A stretch of 64,000 bases of DNA from Marsupella aquatica (lineage: Eukaryota > Plantae > Marchantiophyta): the NCBI GenBank assembly GCA_973895155.1, contig OZ316896.1:18092754-18156753 (forward strand), written 5' to 3'. Numbering within the stretch: the stretch's first letter is position 1; each line of letters opens with the position of its first letter. The position numbers and the translations under genes were made by a program. This document shows, piece by piece, positions 24,894 to 38,825 of the stretch. The notes under the pieces are model-generated. The model was not told the DNA's origin. It saw only the letters and a list, made by a program, of their open reading frames with translations, and searched no databases.

Positions 24894-27800
24894 ATGTCAT
24901 CCTCTGTTTTTCTTCCTTCCCCTTCTGTTGCTCTGTCCCGACCAATTCCGAGCTCAAATTCGAGCTCCTCCAGGCGCAGAAGCTGTTCTGGAAGCTGGGC
25001 GAGAGAATGGGCAATTATTCCTGCGCAGAGGAATAGGGTGACAGCATCAATTGGTGGTAAAGTGAGACTTTTGAGATCTTCTTCTTCTTCCTCGTCTTGC
25101 TCGAGAGCAGCAGCTGCTGGTGCACTTTCCTTTTCTGCTTGTTCTTCGAGGAGATTGGGTGCATTCCCGGTGCATGTAGGATTGCGGCAGGGGAATGGAA
25201 CAGGAGCAGTTTCACTAGCAGCCGGGAGGCCGTTTTCTGGCAAGGTCATTCAGCGGGGGGCGAAATTCCTCTTCACTCCTCGTTGTGAGGCGAAAGATGG
25301 CAGGGTATGTTTCTTGTCTCATGTAGCCCTAAAGGATTATCGTACACAAAGCAAAGAAGTAGCTGGAGTACTCATGGTCATGGCTATGGATGATTGTCTT
25401 TGATTGGCGTAATTTTCGGACTACGCTGCATTGCTTGCATGCAACTGTTGACACACACCAATGGACCTGGGTGAATTTTCAATCTACAGATTAATCAGGC
25501 GGAGTTCACAGACATGGCCTGGCAAGCTATTGTGGCATCTCCCGATGTGGCGAAGGAAAGCAAACAGCAAATTGTGGAAACTGAGCATCTCATGAAGGCT
25601 TTGTTGGAGCAGCGCAATGGGCTTGCCCGCCGGATTTTTGCGAAAGCTGGGGTGGATAATACTTCCCTTCTTCAAGCCACGGACCGCTATATACAACGGC
25701 AACCAAAGGTAGCAAACCACTGCTGAGTGTTGTTGCTGTGAAAGTTGAACAGGAGAGTATTAAGAGCCTCGCACGTCATATAGCTTTCAATTCCTTGTTT
25801 TTCACTTAGCTTTGGATTATGCTTTGGGAATGGATTTAAAGTGTCACAAAGTTTGCTTTCTCCGAAGATTGTGATTTGCAATGAAATTTGTTTAGTGCAG
25901 GTCATGGGTGGCAATAGCGGCTCCATGTTGGGCCGGGATCTAGAAGCTTTGATAGATCGAGCCAGAGTTCACCAGAAAGATCTAGGGGATTTATTTGTGT
26001 CGGTGGAGCATTTAGTACTGGGCTTTGTACAAGATAAGCGGTTTGGTCAGCAGCTTTTTAAAGAATTTCAACTATCAGCTAAAACCTTGAATGCTGCTAT
26101 CCAAGCCATACGTGGTTCCCAAAAGGTCACAGATCAAGGTACTTCATCAAGGTTGGAGTAAGAAGTACTTTCTCAGAATTGAATTCCGGAAGATTTGAGT
26201 ATCTAATCAGTACCCTGTTCCACTTTCTCAAAATCGAATTCCGTAAGATTTGAATATCGAAGTAATACCCTGTGGATCAGGGTATTTTCTTCTTCTTACT
26301 TGAGTGTGATCGTGAATCAGGGTGTTGATAGGACACCTGGCATGACTCACAGTTGGGTCAAGGCTAATGCCATTTAGCTTTCATCATGGACATCAAAGAT
26401 TCGGCAAAGCATTCTAGGATGTACTGTAGTTTACGAGGCCAGTCCGTTTTCAGTGGCTCCGCTCATGGTAAAAGCTTTGATAGGTCATGAATTTTGTGAC
26501 TGAATGCCGTTTTAAAATTCTTGTGTGTACCAGATCCTGAAGGAAAGTATGAGGCACTAGAAAAATATGGGAAAGACTTAACAGAGATGGCCCGACAGGG
26601 AAAGCTAGATCCAGTCATCGGCCGTGACGATGAAATACGACGCTGTATACAAATCCTTTCTCGAAGGACTAAAAACAATCCTGTGCTCATTGGGGAACCT
26701 GGCGTGGGAAAGACTGCAATTTCTGAAGGGTGAGTGCTGTTATTCTCAGAGTAGAAAGAGTACAACATATCCCTGGCTATACGTTGGTACGGTGTGAATT
26801 TGCCCAGTAAGCTTGCTGACAAATATCACCATTTGTTCTCCTTTACATTACTAAAATTTGAGAATTGTTTAGTTTTCTCACTTCCGAAGGTGTATCGCTT
26901 TCTATTGTGAATTGTGTTCCCACAGACTAATTTTCTGAGGGAGCCTTTGCAACTGGACGTATTTGTGTGCAGGTTGGCCCAAAGAATTGTGCAAGGTGAC
27001 GTCCCACAGGCTCTGATCAATCGCAAGGTGCATATCGGATCCGACTTAATACTTGTTTCTGTACCATTCGTATTCTTTTGGGTTGCTTGGAATGCAAAAA
27101 CCAAAATTCTGTTGAGTCTTACAGAGCTTGGAGTCACAAAGCTAGACCATGACATTTGGTGGTTACATCAGTTTGGCTATCAACGTAGCATTGAATCTCT
27201 TCTCTATACGGGATCAAGCCCTGTGTGCAGAGTTCATTGAATTGTAACTTGTTTTCCTGCAGCTCATCTCCCTTGATATGGGTTCTTTGATAGCTGGGGC
27301 GAAGTTCCGTGGAGAATTTGAAGACAGGTTGAAGTCAGTGCTCAAAGAAGTCACAGAATCGGATGGACAGATAATCCTTTTCATTGATGAGATTCACACA
27401 GTTGTTGGTGCAGGTAAAGTTATGGCCCCAGATTATAGTTGTTCGTTAATTTCTTGCAATGTTTGGATCAAGAACACTGCCACGGAAAGAGATGTTGACT
27501 AGAATGCCAGGTGTTGTGCTACCCAAGTTAAGCACAACCAAGTAACATCACTCACCAAAACCTTGGCAAACCTACTCAACTAACCGAAAGCTCTGGCTGT
27601 CAATTAAAGATTCTCGTCTCCTGTGTCGTTGTAGTAAAAGTTTGAAGTTTGGATAAAGCAGAGAAATACACATCTCAGTAAACTGCATCATTATGTGTTA
27701 CTAACGAAGATTACCTTCACTTAGCCACATGATGTGGTTAGTTTCGAGTGTGCAATTCTAGTCTAAAAGGCAAGAGTTGGTGGTTGCTAGGAGCTGTCTT

Positions 27801-30779
27801 TTAACGTTGGCAGTTATGTGACCATGGTGAAGGTGGTTGATTGGTTTGTTACATGGCCTCACAGGTGCTACGAATGGAGCAATGGATGCTGGCAATTTAC
27901 TTAAGCCGATGCTGGGTAGGGGAGAGCTACGCTGTATTGGTGCAACCACTCTTGATGAGTATCGTAAATACATAGAAAAAGATCCTGCTCTGGAGCGGAG
28001 GTTCCAGCAAGTGTACGTCGATCAGCCTTCAGTAGAAGACACAGTCTCTATCCTTCGAGGTCTTCGTGAACGATATGAATTACATCATGGAGTGAGAATT
28101 TCTGATAGTGCTTTGGTGGAAGCTGCTGTTCTTGCTGATCGTTATATCAGTGATAGATTTCTTCCAGATAAAGGTATTTTCTCTCCTCAAATTGAACTAT
28201 TTCCTTACATCTGACGTACTGTTCATGGTCTCTTTCTGAAGGCTTCAGGATGTTCAGTGAGTTGATCGAAGGTTCTCACTATCTGTGACGTGTTGTCGTG
28301 CAGCGATTGATTTAGTAGATGAAGCAGCTGCAAAGCTGAAAATGGAAATTACCTCAAAGCCTACTGCGTTAGATGAGATAGACCGGGCAGTTCTCAAACT
28401 TGAAATGGAGCGTCTATCACTTGGAAATGATACAGATAAGGCATCACGAGACCGGCTCAGCCGACTTGAACTTGAGCTGCAAGGGTTGAAGATAAAGCAG
28501 AAAGAACTCACAGATCAATGGGAGCATGAAAAATCTGTGATGACACGCATCCAGTCAATAAAAGAAGAGGTAATGTTACATGGAAGGTGGGAAGGAGTTC
28601 TTACCACAGTCGCTTCTTCAGTTGGCAGTTGGAAACCCTAAACCCTGAACCTGTTTATTCATGGCATTGCTTTGCAGGTGGACCGAGTGAATGTCGAAAT
28701 ACAGCAAGCTGAACGTGACTATGATCTCAACCGAGCAGCTGAACTCAAGTATGGTAGCCTGATAACGCTCCAGCAACAACTGGAAAAGGCGGAGAAAGCT
28801 TTGGATGAATATCAAAACACAGGGAAATCAATGCTTCGTGAGGAAGTGACGGGGAATGACATTGCAGAAATAGTTAGTAAATGGACAGGTATTCCTGTTT
28901 CAAATTTACAGCAGTCTGAGAGGGAGAAGTTGTTACACCTCGATGACGAGCTGCACAAGCGCGTAATCGGTCAAGATCCAGCAGTACAATCAGTTGCTGA
29001 GGCGATACAGCGCTCACGAGCCGGACTCTCGGATCCCAATCGACCGATAGCGAGCTTCATGTTCATGGGCCCAACAGGTGTTGGAAAGACAGAATTGGCC
29101 AAGGCTCTGGCTGTCTACTTGTTCAACACAGAGGAAGCTTTAGTTAGGATTGACATGAGTGAGTACATGGAAAAGCATGCTGTTTCTCGGCTGATTGGAG
29201 CTCCTCCTGGGTATGTTGGTTATGAGGAAGGTGGTCAGCTAACAGAATCGGTCCGGCGCAGGCCATATTCTGTGCTTTTGTTTGATGAAATTGAGAAGGC
29301 GCATGGCGATGTATTCAACATCTTCCTGCAGGTCCTCGATGATGGTAGAGTTACTGATTCACAGGGGCGGACAGTTAGTTTTACTAATACCATAATAATT
29401 ATGACCTCGAATGTGGGCTCCCAATATGTGTTAAATAGCCTGGACACCAACGGTTCAGAAACGAGGGACGCAGCGTACGAGGCGATGAGGAATCGTGTGA
29501 TGGAGGCAGCAAGGATGACCTTTCGTCCTGAGTTCATGAATCGAATTGACGAGTACATTGTATTCCAGCCTCTTGACAGGGACCAAATCAGTAGCATCGT
29601 CATATTGCAGGTCAGTGTTGCGAACCTATTCCAGCTGTACAGTGTGCGGAATTTACCATCCTCCCACCTAGTTTCAACTCTGCTGTAGCTCTTGCAAACC
29701 ATCGAACGAATTTTAAGAGGATTAGCTACGATAGTTTATCCGATCTTCCCTCGTACGCTCTGTCAAAGAATCTAACCCAGAATGTGCCTCCTGGCCAGCC
29801 ACTTAGCAATGGATATGTAGGACCTGATCACTCATGTTGCAAGCTCTGTGCCCTTGAAGTTTGATTGATTCATTATTCATTCCTCGAGTAGCGCTTCCGG
29901 TCACCGGTCTCCTATGCTCACTACACACGCAATAGAAAAACCCTGACAGTGTCAGAGCTATACGCACACGTAGAGACTACTACGTTCACCGGAAGTCAGA
30001 GCTGTACAACACGACTAAGTAACAACAACTGAGTAGTGCGCAAGAATGGATTGGTGTAAGATGGTTGATCACATTACAGAACTTCGCCTGATCCTTCTTG
30101 ATCCTTGGGTATCCTTCAGGAAAAGCCAGATTTAGGACTGGTCCCGTGCATTGATTGACATTTTCACTGAGCCCATGTCAGGTTTAGCCCTTGCTTGCCC
30201 CTAACATAGATCCTTTACTCCTAACCTGGACATTACTGAGGCACAACGGTATGTTAAATATCAAAGATGTTGAATCTCCAGGTTTAAATCTAAAGGAGAG
30301 ACGACATTCCAGAAATTACATCGAGCATATCTTTGTTCTAGGCTATGCTAGTCAACACTTCCTACATGACCCCCAGACAGATATCTGTTACTGACACGTG
30401 TTCTAACTGATTGTTTCGTTTGTTACTTTCACAGTTGGGGCGAGTGCAGAAGAGACTTAATGACAAGAAACTGACGTTGAAAGTTAGTGAAAGTGCAATT
30501 CAGCTTTTGGCTAGTATGGGGTATGACCCCAATTACGGTGCTAGGCCAGTGAAGCGAGTAATACAGCAGAGCATAGAGAATGAACTTGCCAAAGGTATTC
30601 TTCGAGGAGAATATAACGAAGACGACACAATAATGGTGGACACGGATCTTACGGCATTTGGTGGCGGTTCTCTCCCGCAACAAAAGTTGACATTTAGCAA
30701 GTTGCAAACAGACAACCCTTCCCAGGATCCAGACGCCAATTCATCTAGATATGCTCAGAGTACCAATCTTCGAAATTGA
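24894..30779 (+). CDS. CLPB3: Chaperone ClpB/Hsp100, plastid-type (ClpB3), 10 exons, ~1040 aa
   Basis: Exons 24894-25304, 25490-25708, 25901-26138, 26534-26729, 26973-27027, 27263-27413, 27865-28173, 28304-28569, 28678-29610, 30435-30779. Ser/Arg-rich transit peptide, [30 protein letters not shown], Walker A GEPGVGKT and GPTGVGKT, middle coiled coil with AAELKYG, and GARPVKR. Confidence 0.95.
26167..26273. repeat. ~55 bp diverged tandem duplication in ClpB intron 3
   Basis: ACTTTCTCA.AAT.GAATTCCG.AAGATTTGA.TATC...TACCCTGT occurs twice. Confidence 0.8.
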
Positions 30780-31136
30780 ATAAGTCTGCTTGCCTGCAAC
30801 ACTGCAACACAGTTGGAGAAAGATCTGTTAGGACTTTCAGATAGCGTTGAACATTTTGTACTATATGCAGAGTTGGAGGTGCAACTATGAAACTAGTTTC
30901 TGAGGTGTATGATATTCATCGGATGTTCTCCATCGTTTGAGGTTATGGCATAACCTGTCCTCAGGTTGTCCAGGTAAAGTGTGGCTTGGCAGCTGGGGTG
31001 GCCACACCTTTGGTATTGAGTCACTGTATGACGTGTGTAGTACACACTGTGGATGACTACTAAGTTGATAATGTCCTACTCATTAAGTGTCACAGCAAGG
31101 GTACTACTCGGGACATTGCCATGGTTGAGAAGATCG

Positions 31137-31320
31137 ATGGATGATGGATGATGGATGATGGATGTATTCTCTAGTTTCTCTGTATTAACAGTTGTGACAG
31201 AATTGAGTCCACTGGTAACAGAGACGGAGCCTGCTTACCCTATTGAAAAATTGTGGGCCATTGGATTTGGCTTTCTGGGCTTCCAATGGGACTGGGAATG
31301 GGATTGGGATTGGGACTGGA
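31137..31320. repeat. (GATG)n and (GGGAYT)n simple repeats
   Basis: Read directly at 31137-31163 and 31287-31320. Confidence 0.85.
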
Positions 31321-31418
31321 GAATGGACCACAATCTGTTACTTCTGTTCTAAAGATGACATCTAAACATTGACTGGTAACAAAAGGTATTAGTGATTCCT
31401 CGCGTGTCCTGTCCATGC

Positions 31419-31820
31419 AACTGCCTCCATTCTCTCTCAACTGAAGGACTTTGGGTTCCCTCAGTTACCATGTATTTAGCCCATTACACTTACAGTCCTG
31501 ACACTACAAGGTTCCAGAAGTTGCAGCTGCCTCCATTCTCATTCAACTGAAGGACTTTGGGTTCCCTCAGTTACCATGTATTTACCCTGTTACACTTGTA
31601 GTCCTGACAATATAAGGCTCCAGGAGTTGCAGCTGCCTCCATTCTCATTCAACTGATTTGAAGGACTTATGGGTTCCATGTAAACTATTTAGCCTGTTAC
31701 ACTTACAGTGATGACACTATAAGGTTCCAGGAGTTGCAGCTGATTTGAAGGACTTCTGGGTTCCATGTAAACTATTTACCCTGTTACACTTACAGTGATG
31801 ACACAATAAGTCTCCAGGAG
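31419..31820. repeat. ~106 bp tandem repeat, ~4 units
   Basis: Recurring CTGCCTCCATTCTC..GAAGGACTT..GGGTTCC..TTACACTT..AG..TGACA..AAGG.TCCAG.AG. Confidence 0.9.
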
Positions 31821-33675
31821 GACGGTGACATTGTAAAAGTCTTGTGTCCATTCTACTACTAGTGCCAAGTGGGTGTGTCCATGCAAGTGTATCCGAGCTT
31901 CCACATTGGTAATCATAACCAGGGCTTCATATCAAGGGCTTGAATTTAGCAAGGTAAGTTACACAAGGAGGATTGATTGTAAATGGGATAAGGGGAAGAA
32001 AAAGAAGTGAGTAAAATAAAGTGGACAAGTGACACTATAGTATCATGGGATTTTCACTGGATGACCCTCCATTGGAATTGCCATTTTCAGAAATCAATGC
32101 TAGGATGGAGCACAAGTTTACCGTGATGCAACTCAGATGAACAACGTTTTAGACCCAAAAATGTGATTATTCATACGAAAGAATTATACCCCTTGAGCTC
32201 AAAACTATATGCAAAAATGGTCTATCCAAGCTACATGTGAAATATTGTGATAAATCTGGGCTTTTTTTCCTTTCATTCTTGATCTGAAAAATGCACATTC
32301 AAGACAAACAACAACAGAAAAAAACTGAAAGGAAAGGAAAAGCCTAGATGAACACAAAGGCTTGATGACATACTCAAGAAGCACTCACAGAGCCTAGATG
32401 GACACAAACTAAATTAAACTATATTCCCAGAACATTTCCCCATTTGTGGAAAAGGCCCTCATTTGATAATTTGCGTTTGTCATGGAGTAATAATCACATC
32501 CACACATTATGTCTTCGTCACCTATGCTCTGTTGTTTTAGAACCTCTAAACATTATGCTTTATCACATATTCCTTATTGGCCCAAACACCCATGCATACA
32601 CATAGGAAGGGCTCCCTCTATCCACACTCCCATGCCTACCCCTATTCACAAGCATAGTCTGAATTTTCCAAAAATTGGTTACCAGAGAAATTGTGGCCTA
32701 TGGTTTCACTTTACGCAATAGTAGACATGGATGGTAGACTTCAATCACAAGTTGCAGTGTGGATTCATCCCGAACAAAAAATAAATTACAACATAACACC
32801 CTGTGTTTCCTTGGGTCACCATCCTTGTCGCTTTAAACAGACCTACGGAAGTAATTATTATTCCTCTAGAACTCACACTAGCTCAAGATTTCCAGTTTAA
32901 GTGCACCTTGCTCTGTTTTGCACATAGTTATGTCCTCTTTACAGGGCACTATGGGATTTAATGCCCCAAAAAATGAGAGCTGGATACACTTGAAGGCCTG
33001 GGGGATTTTTTTGTTTACTAATTTCAGTAAAAGTAAAGGAGCATCTTTCTAAAGAGGTGATTTTGATCTTCAGAGGGATTACTTCTCTACTCTAAGAATG
33101 CACTGGAAAATACCAACAACAAAAAAAATCATAAAGGGCATTAGGGCATGTCAAAGCACAATTGTAACTCAATTACGACTCAAGACATAAAAGGCTTGTT
33201 ACGGTCAGGATAAAATCACTACGGCTACCAGAATATGTACCCCACAAACGTGACATGTCCAATAAACTAAAATCATAACACTTTGGTTACAGTAAAACTT
33301 TGACACACCCTATTACATTACCGGAAGTTTACTCATGATGAATGTTTTTCTCTCTTTTGTTACACTACGGTTTGATTGTGTCCATGGGAGTCCCCAGAAC
33401 CTACCTTCGCGTCTATGGGGGCTCTTCCTTTGAAAAAAAGGATACCCGCGAGCTCTAACTCTCTCGTGAGATCTGGACCGTCCGTCTACTCGATCTGGGC
33501 CATTCGGACTAGGGCTCCGGACCCAAAGAGTGGAGAAATCGTTCAGCTCTCTCTCTTTCGAGTTTCGACTTCTTCGTTTCGCTCCTCCTCGAGCTCCATC
33601 GCCAGACAGAACAGCCTCCGATCCTCCTCGCTGCCGACTGCAATTGCTGCAGTGTTGTGCCCAGATTGAGACGCC

Positions 33676-34942
33676 ATGGCGGATGCCAAGGCCTGCACGG
33701 TGCGCACCCGCAAGTTCATGACCAACCGCCTCCTTGCGCGCAAGCAATTCGTATGTTTCTTTCCATAATCCCCTCCTGTTTCAAAGTTTATGTCCGTCCG
33801 TCCGTTCTTTGTTCCTTTCTCTGCAGGGTTTGTCGTGTCATCTCCCTAGGGCCGTAGTTCATTCTCGTGCCGGTTGCAATTGTGGCCGAGCACGGTCGAA
33901 CTGTGAAATATGAACTGATGGGAGTCTTCTCGATGTTTTGCGGCTTGTGGGGTTTTTCAGGTTATCGACGTGCTGCACCCCGGTCGACCCAATGTCGCCA
34001 AGGTAGGTGATCTTCACTCAAGTTGTGATCACTACTTGAATAGATTAGATATGTTTGTGCACCTCGCGGGCTGGCAGCTCATTCAGGGAAATGCTTAGGG
34101 TTTCAGGATGTGTAGCCGCTTTTATCATGCGAACACGGAGAGTAAAGTCAGTCCATTGGCTGAGATTGATGTGGCTCTATTGTCGGGATATTGTCACCCA
34201 GTGCTTTTCCATGACCCCAAGTTTGACTTGAGAGGTGAACTTGATAGTAAGTTAGACCTATATCTCCGAGAAGGAGAAGCTGTCTTTTCCGTGCGGTGGG
34301 TTAGATGTGGGTTATGGCCTATTTGTGACCTACTTGCATTACGTTTTTAACAGGCTGAGCTGAAGGAGAAGCTTGCGAAGGTTTATGATGTGCGCGACCC
34401 ACAGACAATCTTCGTTTTCGGATTCCGGACCCAGTTTGGAGGAGGTAAATCGACTGGCTTTGGTCTGATCTACGACAGCTTGGACTCTGCCAAGAAGTAC
34501 GAGCCGAAGTACAGATTAATCAGGGTCAGTCTCCTCTCTCCGTAATTCGATGCACTAGTATTTGCTCCGTCATTGCGTTTTTTTGGAATGTAACGACGTG
34601 GGCCTTCCATGCTCTATTGTTGTATGTTAATGACATTTTCCATGTTCATTTTCAGAACGGGCTTGCTACCAAGATCGAGAAATCTAGAAAGCAGGTGAAG
34701 GAGAGGAAGAACAGAGCAAAGAAGTTGAGGGGTGTCAAGAAGGTATGTAAACCGTACATGGCAAATCTTCTATTGCGAAAGTCTGAGTGAGTAGTAAGAC
34801 GTCCTTTATCTTGACTTCATGATTGCCGTTTCCCTGATGGAGTGAAAACACTTGGATGCTGTTTGATGCCCACTAAGTGAGAACAAAAACACTTTCTGTT
34901 TTGCAGAACAAGGCAGCAGGCGAGGCCAAGAAGAAGAAGTAG
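33676..34942 (+). CDS. RPS24: 40S ribosomal protein S24 (eS24), 5 exons, ~136 aa
   Basis: Exons 33676-33750, 33961-34002, 34354-34524, 34656-34742, 34907-34942 give [96 protein letters not shown]. Site II TGGGCC lies at ~33496 and a telo-box TAGGGTTT at 34096. Confidence 0.97.
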
Positions 34943-35419
34943 AAGGGCTTGTAATGTCCTGATTCTATTTGAAATATACAAAATTTTGTCATGTAACGAA
35001 GGAATTCGTCACGTTGTCTCTGATCATTCTCAATTTTAAACATTGTGGAGCGAGTTGATTCATATGAATCATACCTTGACTTCTCAGTTTTGCATTCCAA
35101 ATCCGTTGCACTCTTGCATGGTGTGCAAATGGATGCTTGTGTTGAAGGCGCATGATCAGTTGAAGCTCTTGGTTTAGACCCGATATGCTTCATGAAATGT
35201 CAGTCAAAATTGGTTGCTGATCACGAGACCTCATGTATTCGTCGAGGCACCTGTATGTCTGGTGATTTCTAAAATCCCTTTTCATATTATTAAAAAAATT
35301 CAAGCCAACTTTTCTGCATTTATGGCGATTATTGTGTACTGGAATCCCTCCACAGTGGCAACCCACCTAAGACGCTTGGCAAGTTTCTATCGTGGGGCCA
35401 ATTGGTAGGAAAGAACCCC

Positions 35420-35910
35420 AAACTTCCCTCCATAAAAGCTCTCAGAAAAATAAGTGACTACAGAGTTGTGCGCGAACGTAGAGGGTGAAACTCCTGGTAA
35501 TTCATCAAAACTCAGGTTGGGTACCAAGATTTCTGCAGGGAACATTTGGCAACGAGGGCCATGGCCACGCTCCATCCCCCGTGAGATGTGATGGAGTGGG
35601 CCAACGTTCACTAGAAGTAGAGATACCAAGGGATGTGCTTTCTTGACAAGTGGCTCTGAAGACCGTAGCCAAGCTTTCCTCTTCCAGTGAAATGTGATCT
35701 AGTGGGCCAAGTTTAACAAGTATTGGTTATAAAGCAGTCAAACCTTTTCCTTCCAGACATTGGGAAAAGATATGTCGGCAGTAGATTAGTAGCATCAGTG
35801 GGTGATTCTCTAGGGCATCGACTTATGCAATTGGTGATCGAACCGGCCCAGTTAACTTTCTCTGGCCCAATTTCAATTCGAGTTTTGATTTGATTGCATG
35901 TGGCGGGTGT
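35420..35910 (-). pseudogene. Possible decayed LRR (receptor-like) fragment
   Basis: LKLGQRKLTGPV and NLSFDELPGVSPSTF..FSESFYG resemble plant LxLxxNxLxGxIP repeats and the LRR C-terminal cap. The frames are broken. Confidence 0.25.
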
Positions 35911-38068
35911 CCCTATCTTATCTACACTATCAACTACGATCTACGCCAAGGTGAATTTGCTTGGACGTAAGGCGCTCGTTGATCTCTTCACTTGATAGGG
36001 AGCAAAGAATATGTGAAATGCATAGCAAGCCTAGTCCAAGCTCATCTGCACTTTCCATCTCCACCTCTAGCTTCAGCCCCAATTGTTGTCTATTGTCAGT
36101 CATCGCTTGACCTTCCACCTCTCCAGATACTATTGTCTCATTCACTGTGCACAAAATCTCCATTTGCAATAATACTACTGTCTCACTTGGTGCACATTAG
36201 GGAAAATCTCCATTAGGGAGTCTCAAAGCTGAGAAGTTAGAGATGATAAATGCATGATCATTTTTTCACAAGGTTATGTAAAAGTTTATTTTGTTTTTTC
36301 TTTCACCAGTCTCTTCGCTGACTAATGGTAATGGTACACGGCCGATCCTTGTCACAAAAAGTTATGGACTAACATTTTCGTGTGCAGTAACTTTTTGTGT
36401 CCTTAATCCATAACTAGGGAGTGAAGGTCCAGCAAATTGTTAGCTTCGAGACGCCCTATTGCAATGAGTGAGGTTGGGTGACTTAGGGTAAAGCCACTCC
36501 TGGAGGGTTCATGCAGTTTAGAACCCCTGTTCTAGAATGAATGAACTGATGTTCGGTTGGAAATTAACTCACCCTGAAAACCCCTGTTTGAGCATGAAGG
36601 AGCTGATGATGGGTTGGAAAATTAACTCACGTCGAAATGCCCACAACTTAAGCCCCTTCCACCACTTTATGGAAAACACTAATTACTTTTTACAATAAAG
36701 GAGACTCCAACATTGTTTTGAACTCCCCTCTAAAAGAGAGTTGACAGAAAAGGTATGACTAGGGTGAGTAGAGAGACAATATTTCAAACAAAGCACTTGT
36801 ATACATGGAAGATGGCTGGCATGCAATACAGTGAGCATACACCGAAGTAAAGCTAATGGGGAAGAAAGGTATGAGCTCTATGTGAGATGGCTGGCACGCA
36901 AGACGGTGATCATAGCGGGAACTCAAGCTAATGGCCACCCTGATGACCCATGCATGAGTAGAAGATGGCAGGCAGGTAAGAGAGTTGAAAGACAGTACAA
37001 CGGTCTGGCAATTGGGGAGGGGAGCTGGAACTTTAGGTCATAAACCCTAAATGTGTGGACATTGTTGCACAACTGACTATTAGCATGGAAATTGGCTGGT
37101 GGGAAACAGAGGGAGATTTGTCCAATGCTAGTCTATGAAGCTTTCATCTTCATAAGAATGACTGTCTAAACCCCTAGATGACTACTAATAATGTAAGCTG
37201 GACTTGTGAATCTTATTATGTAAGACTTGCCAGATCCCCATGCATTGCACAGACAAAATGCAGGTGAGGTAAAGAAGTTGTTGAGGCATTGTATAGGTCA
37301 TTGTGGTCATGTTATTGTCACAGTCATGCAATTGGTGTGACCATGAGATCGTTTTGGCCATGCTTTCATTGTGCCTGTGTCGTCGGGTGTGCAAGTTTAG
37401 TGTCTGGTGGAATGTGCAAGAATGAGTCCAAAATATAAGTCAATCATCACAATGAAGACATAATGCCTTTGATGCAAATAAGAGGACATGTTCAATGCCC
37501 ATGGATACAAATGTTCATTATGCGCATGGGGCTACAAAAGGTAGATATAGCTCAATGCCCATGTGGAGGACCATGCTTGCCCAACTGTCCTTGGGACCAT
37601 GCAGTCATTCTGCTCAATGCTTGTGAGATGGACAAAGTCATTAGGAGTAAGTGTTATTGAGTGAGTGTTGTTGAGTGACAATGTTTTCAAAGCAGAATTG
37701 CTACAGTCGTGGGAAGATTGCAAGTGAATTCTAGATTGAACAATATTATTAAACAAAAAAGTGCTGACCAGAAACATCCTTGTGTGGAAATGTTTGTCAT
37801 TTTGAAAATATTGTTATTGTGATTCAAGTTTTGCCTTTGGGTCCATGTTGTCAATGAAGACGATGGTCAAGACAAACGAGAAGGCAAAATATACACAGGT
37901 GGAGATGGGGACAGAAGTTGGGTGAACTAGGAAGTAAAAAAACACAGAGGGTGGGCGGGGGGCGCGGAGGGGGAGAGACATAAAACAAATTTCTGGGCAA
38001 AATATATAAATGCCAAGAAAATGGGAGATCCATAGGGTGGATAATTAGTCCAAGCCAAATGAAATTGA

Positions 38069-38069
38069 C

Positions 38070-38100
<31 letters not shown>
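38069..38100. repeat. Poly-C followed by (CA)n
   Basis: Read directly. Confidence 0.9.
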
Positions 38101-38825
38101 AAAATATACAACCCCCCAACCCTCCAAACTGATAAATGCAAGGCTGGAGGGTCCAGGGGTGAAATTGACCATCAATTGAATGGCCACAATTTTGTAAGCA
38201 AACCAAAAATGGCCGGGATAGGGTAATATAGTGTTGATTATGGGCCATAACCCCTTGCCAGCCTGGCCCCTAGATTCCCTGAGTGAAATCTCTATGCTAC
38301 TCATTAGCAACAACTCCGGCATCCAAACAACTTTCCAATTCACCCTCAAGAGTTCTGCTTAGTGTTCCATCCAGTCTTTGTGGGGCATAGCCTGCAATGC
38401 CCTCAGGCTGACCACTCTTGGGGATAAAGACAGCCCATAACCCCCTTGAGAGGATGGGTTACCTTAGACACATGAAAGTGACTTGTCACTTAATCCTATG
38501 TGGGGCAAGCGTAAAACCAACCCTCCTTAGTGTTACAAAATGGTTACAAAGTTAGAAACTAGTTAGCAGTGTGTTTTGAAATCATTTTCCAATAGATTTG
38601 TGGGGTTATGGTGAGACCAATTTTTGAACCCCCACTATGCGGGCACCCAAAAATTGTACCCAAAAATTGCAGCCTAGCAGTTTTTCCTCCCAAGGCCAGC
38701 AGCCTTGCACTCTACAAGCTACAAAGAGATAGGGCCATAAAGAAGGTACATAAAACTCTTTTATGGCCAGAACATAACTCCTTAGGGGCTACCTAGATAT
38801 ACCTCCAATAAGAATCTTATGTTCA

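Noticed and set aside
34003-34906. Intronic snoRNAs in RPS24
   Set aside because: I found no convincing C/D or H/ACA box pair with terminal stems by eye.
37440-37660. CxC..C..H stretch resembling a SWIM finger of a MULE transposase
   Set aside because: The spacing is imperfect and I recognised no adjacent transposase motifs.
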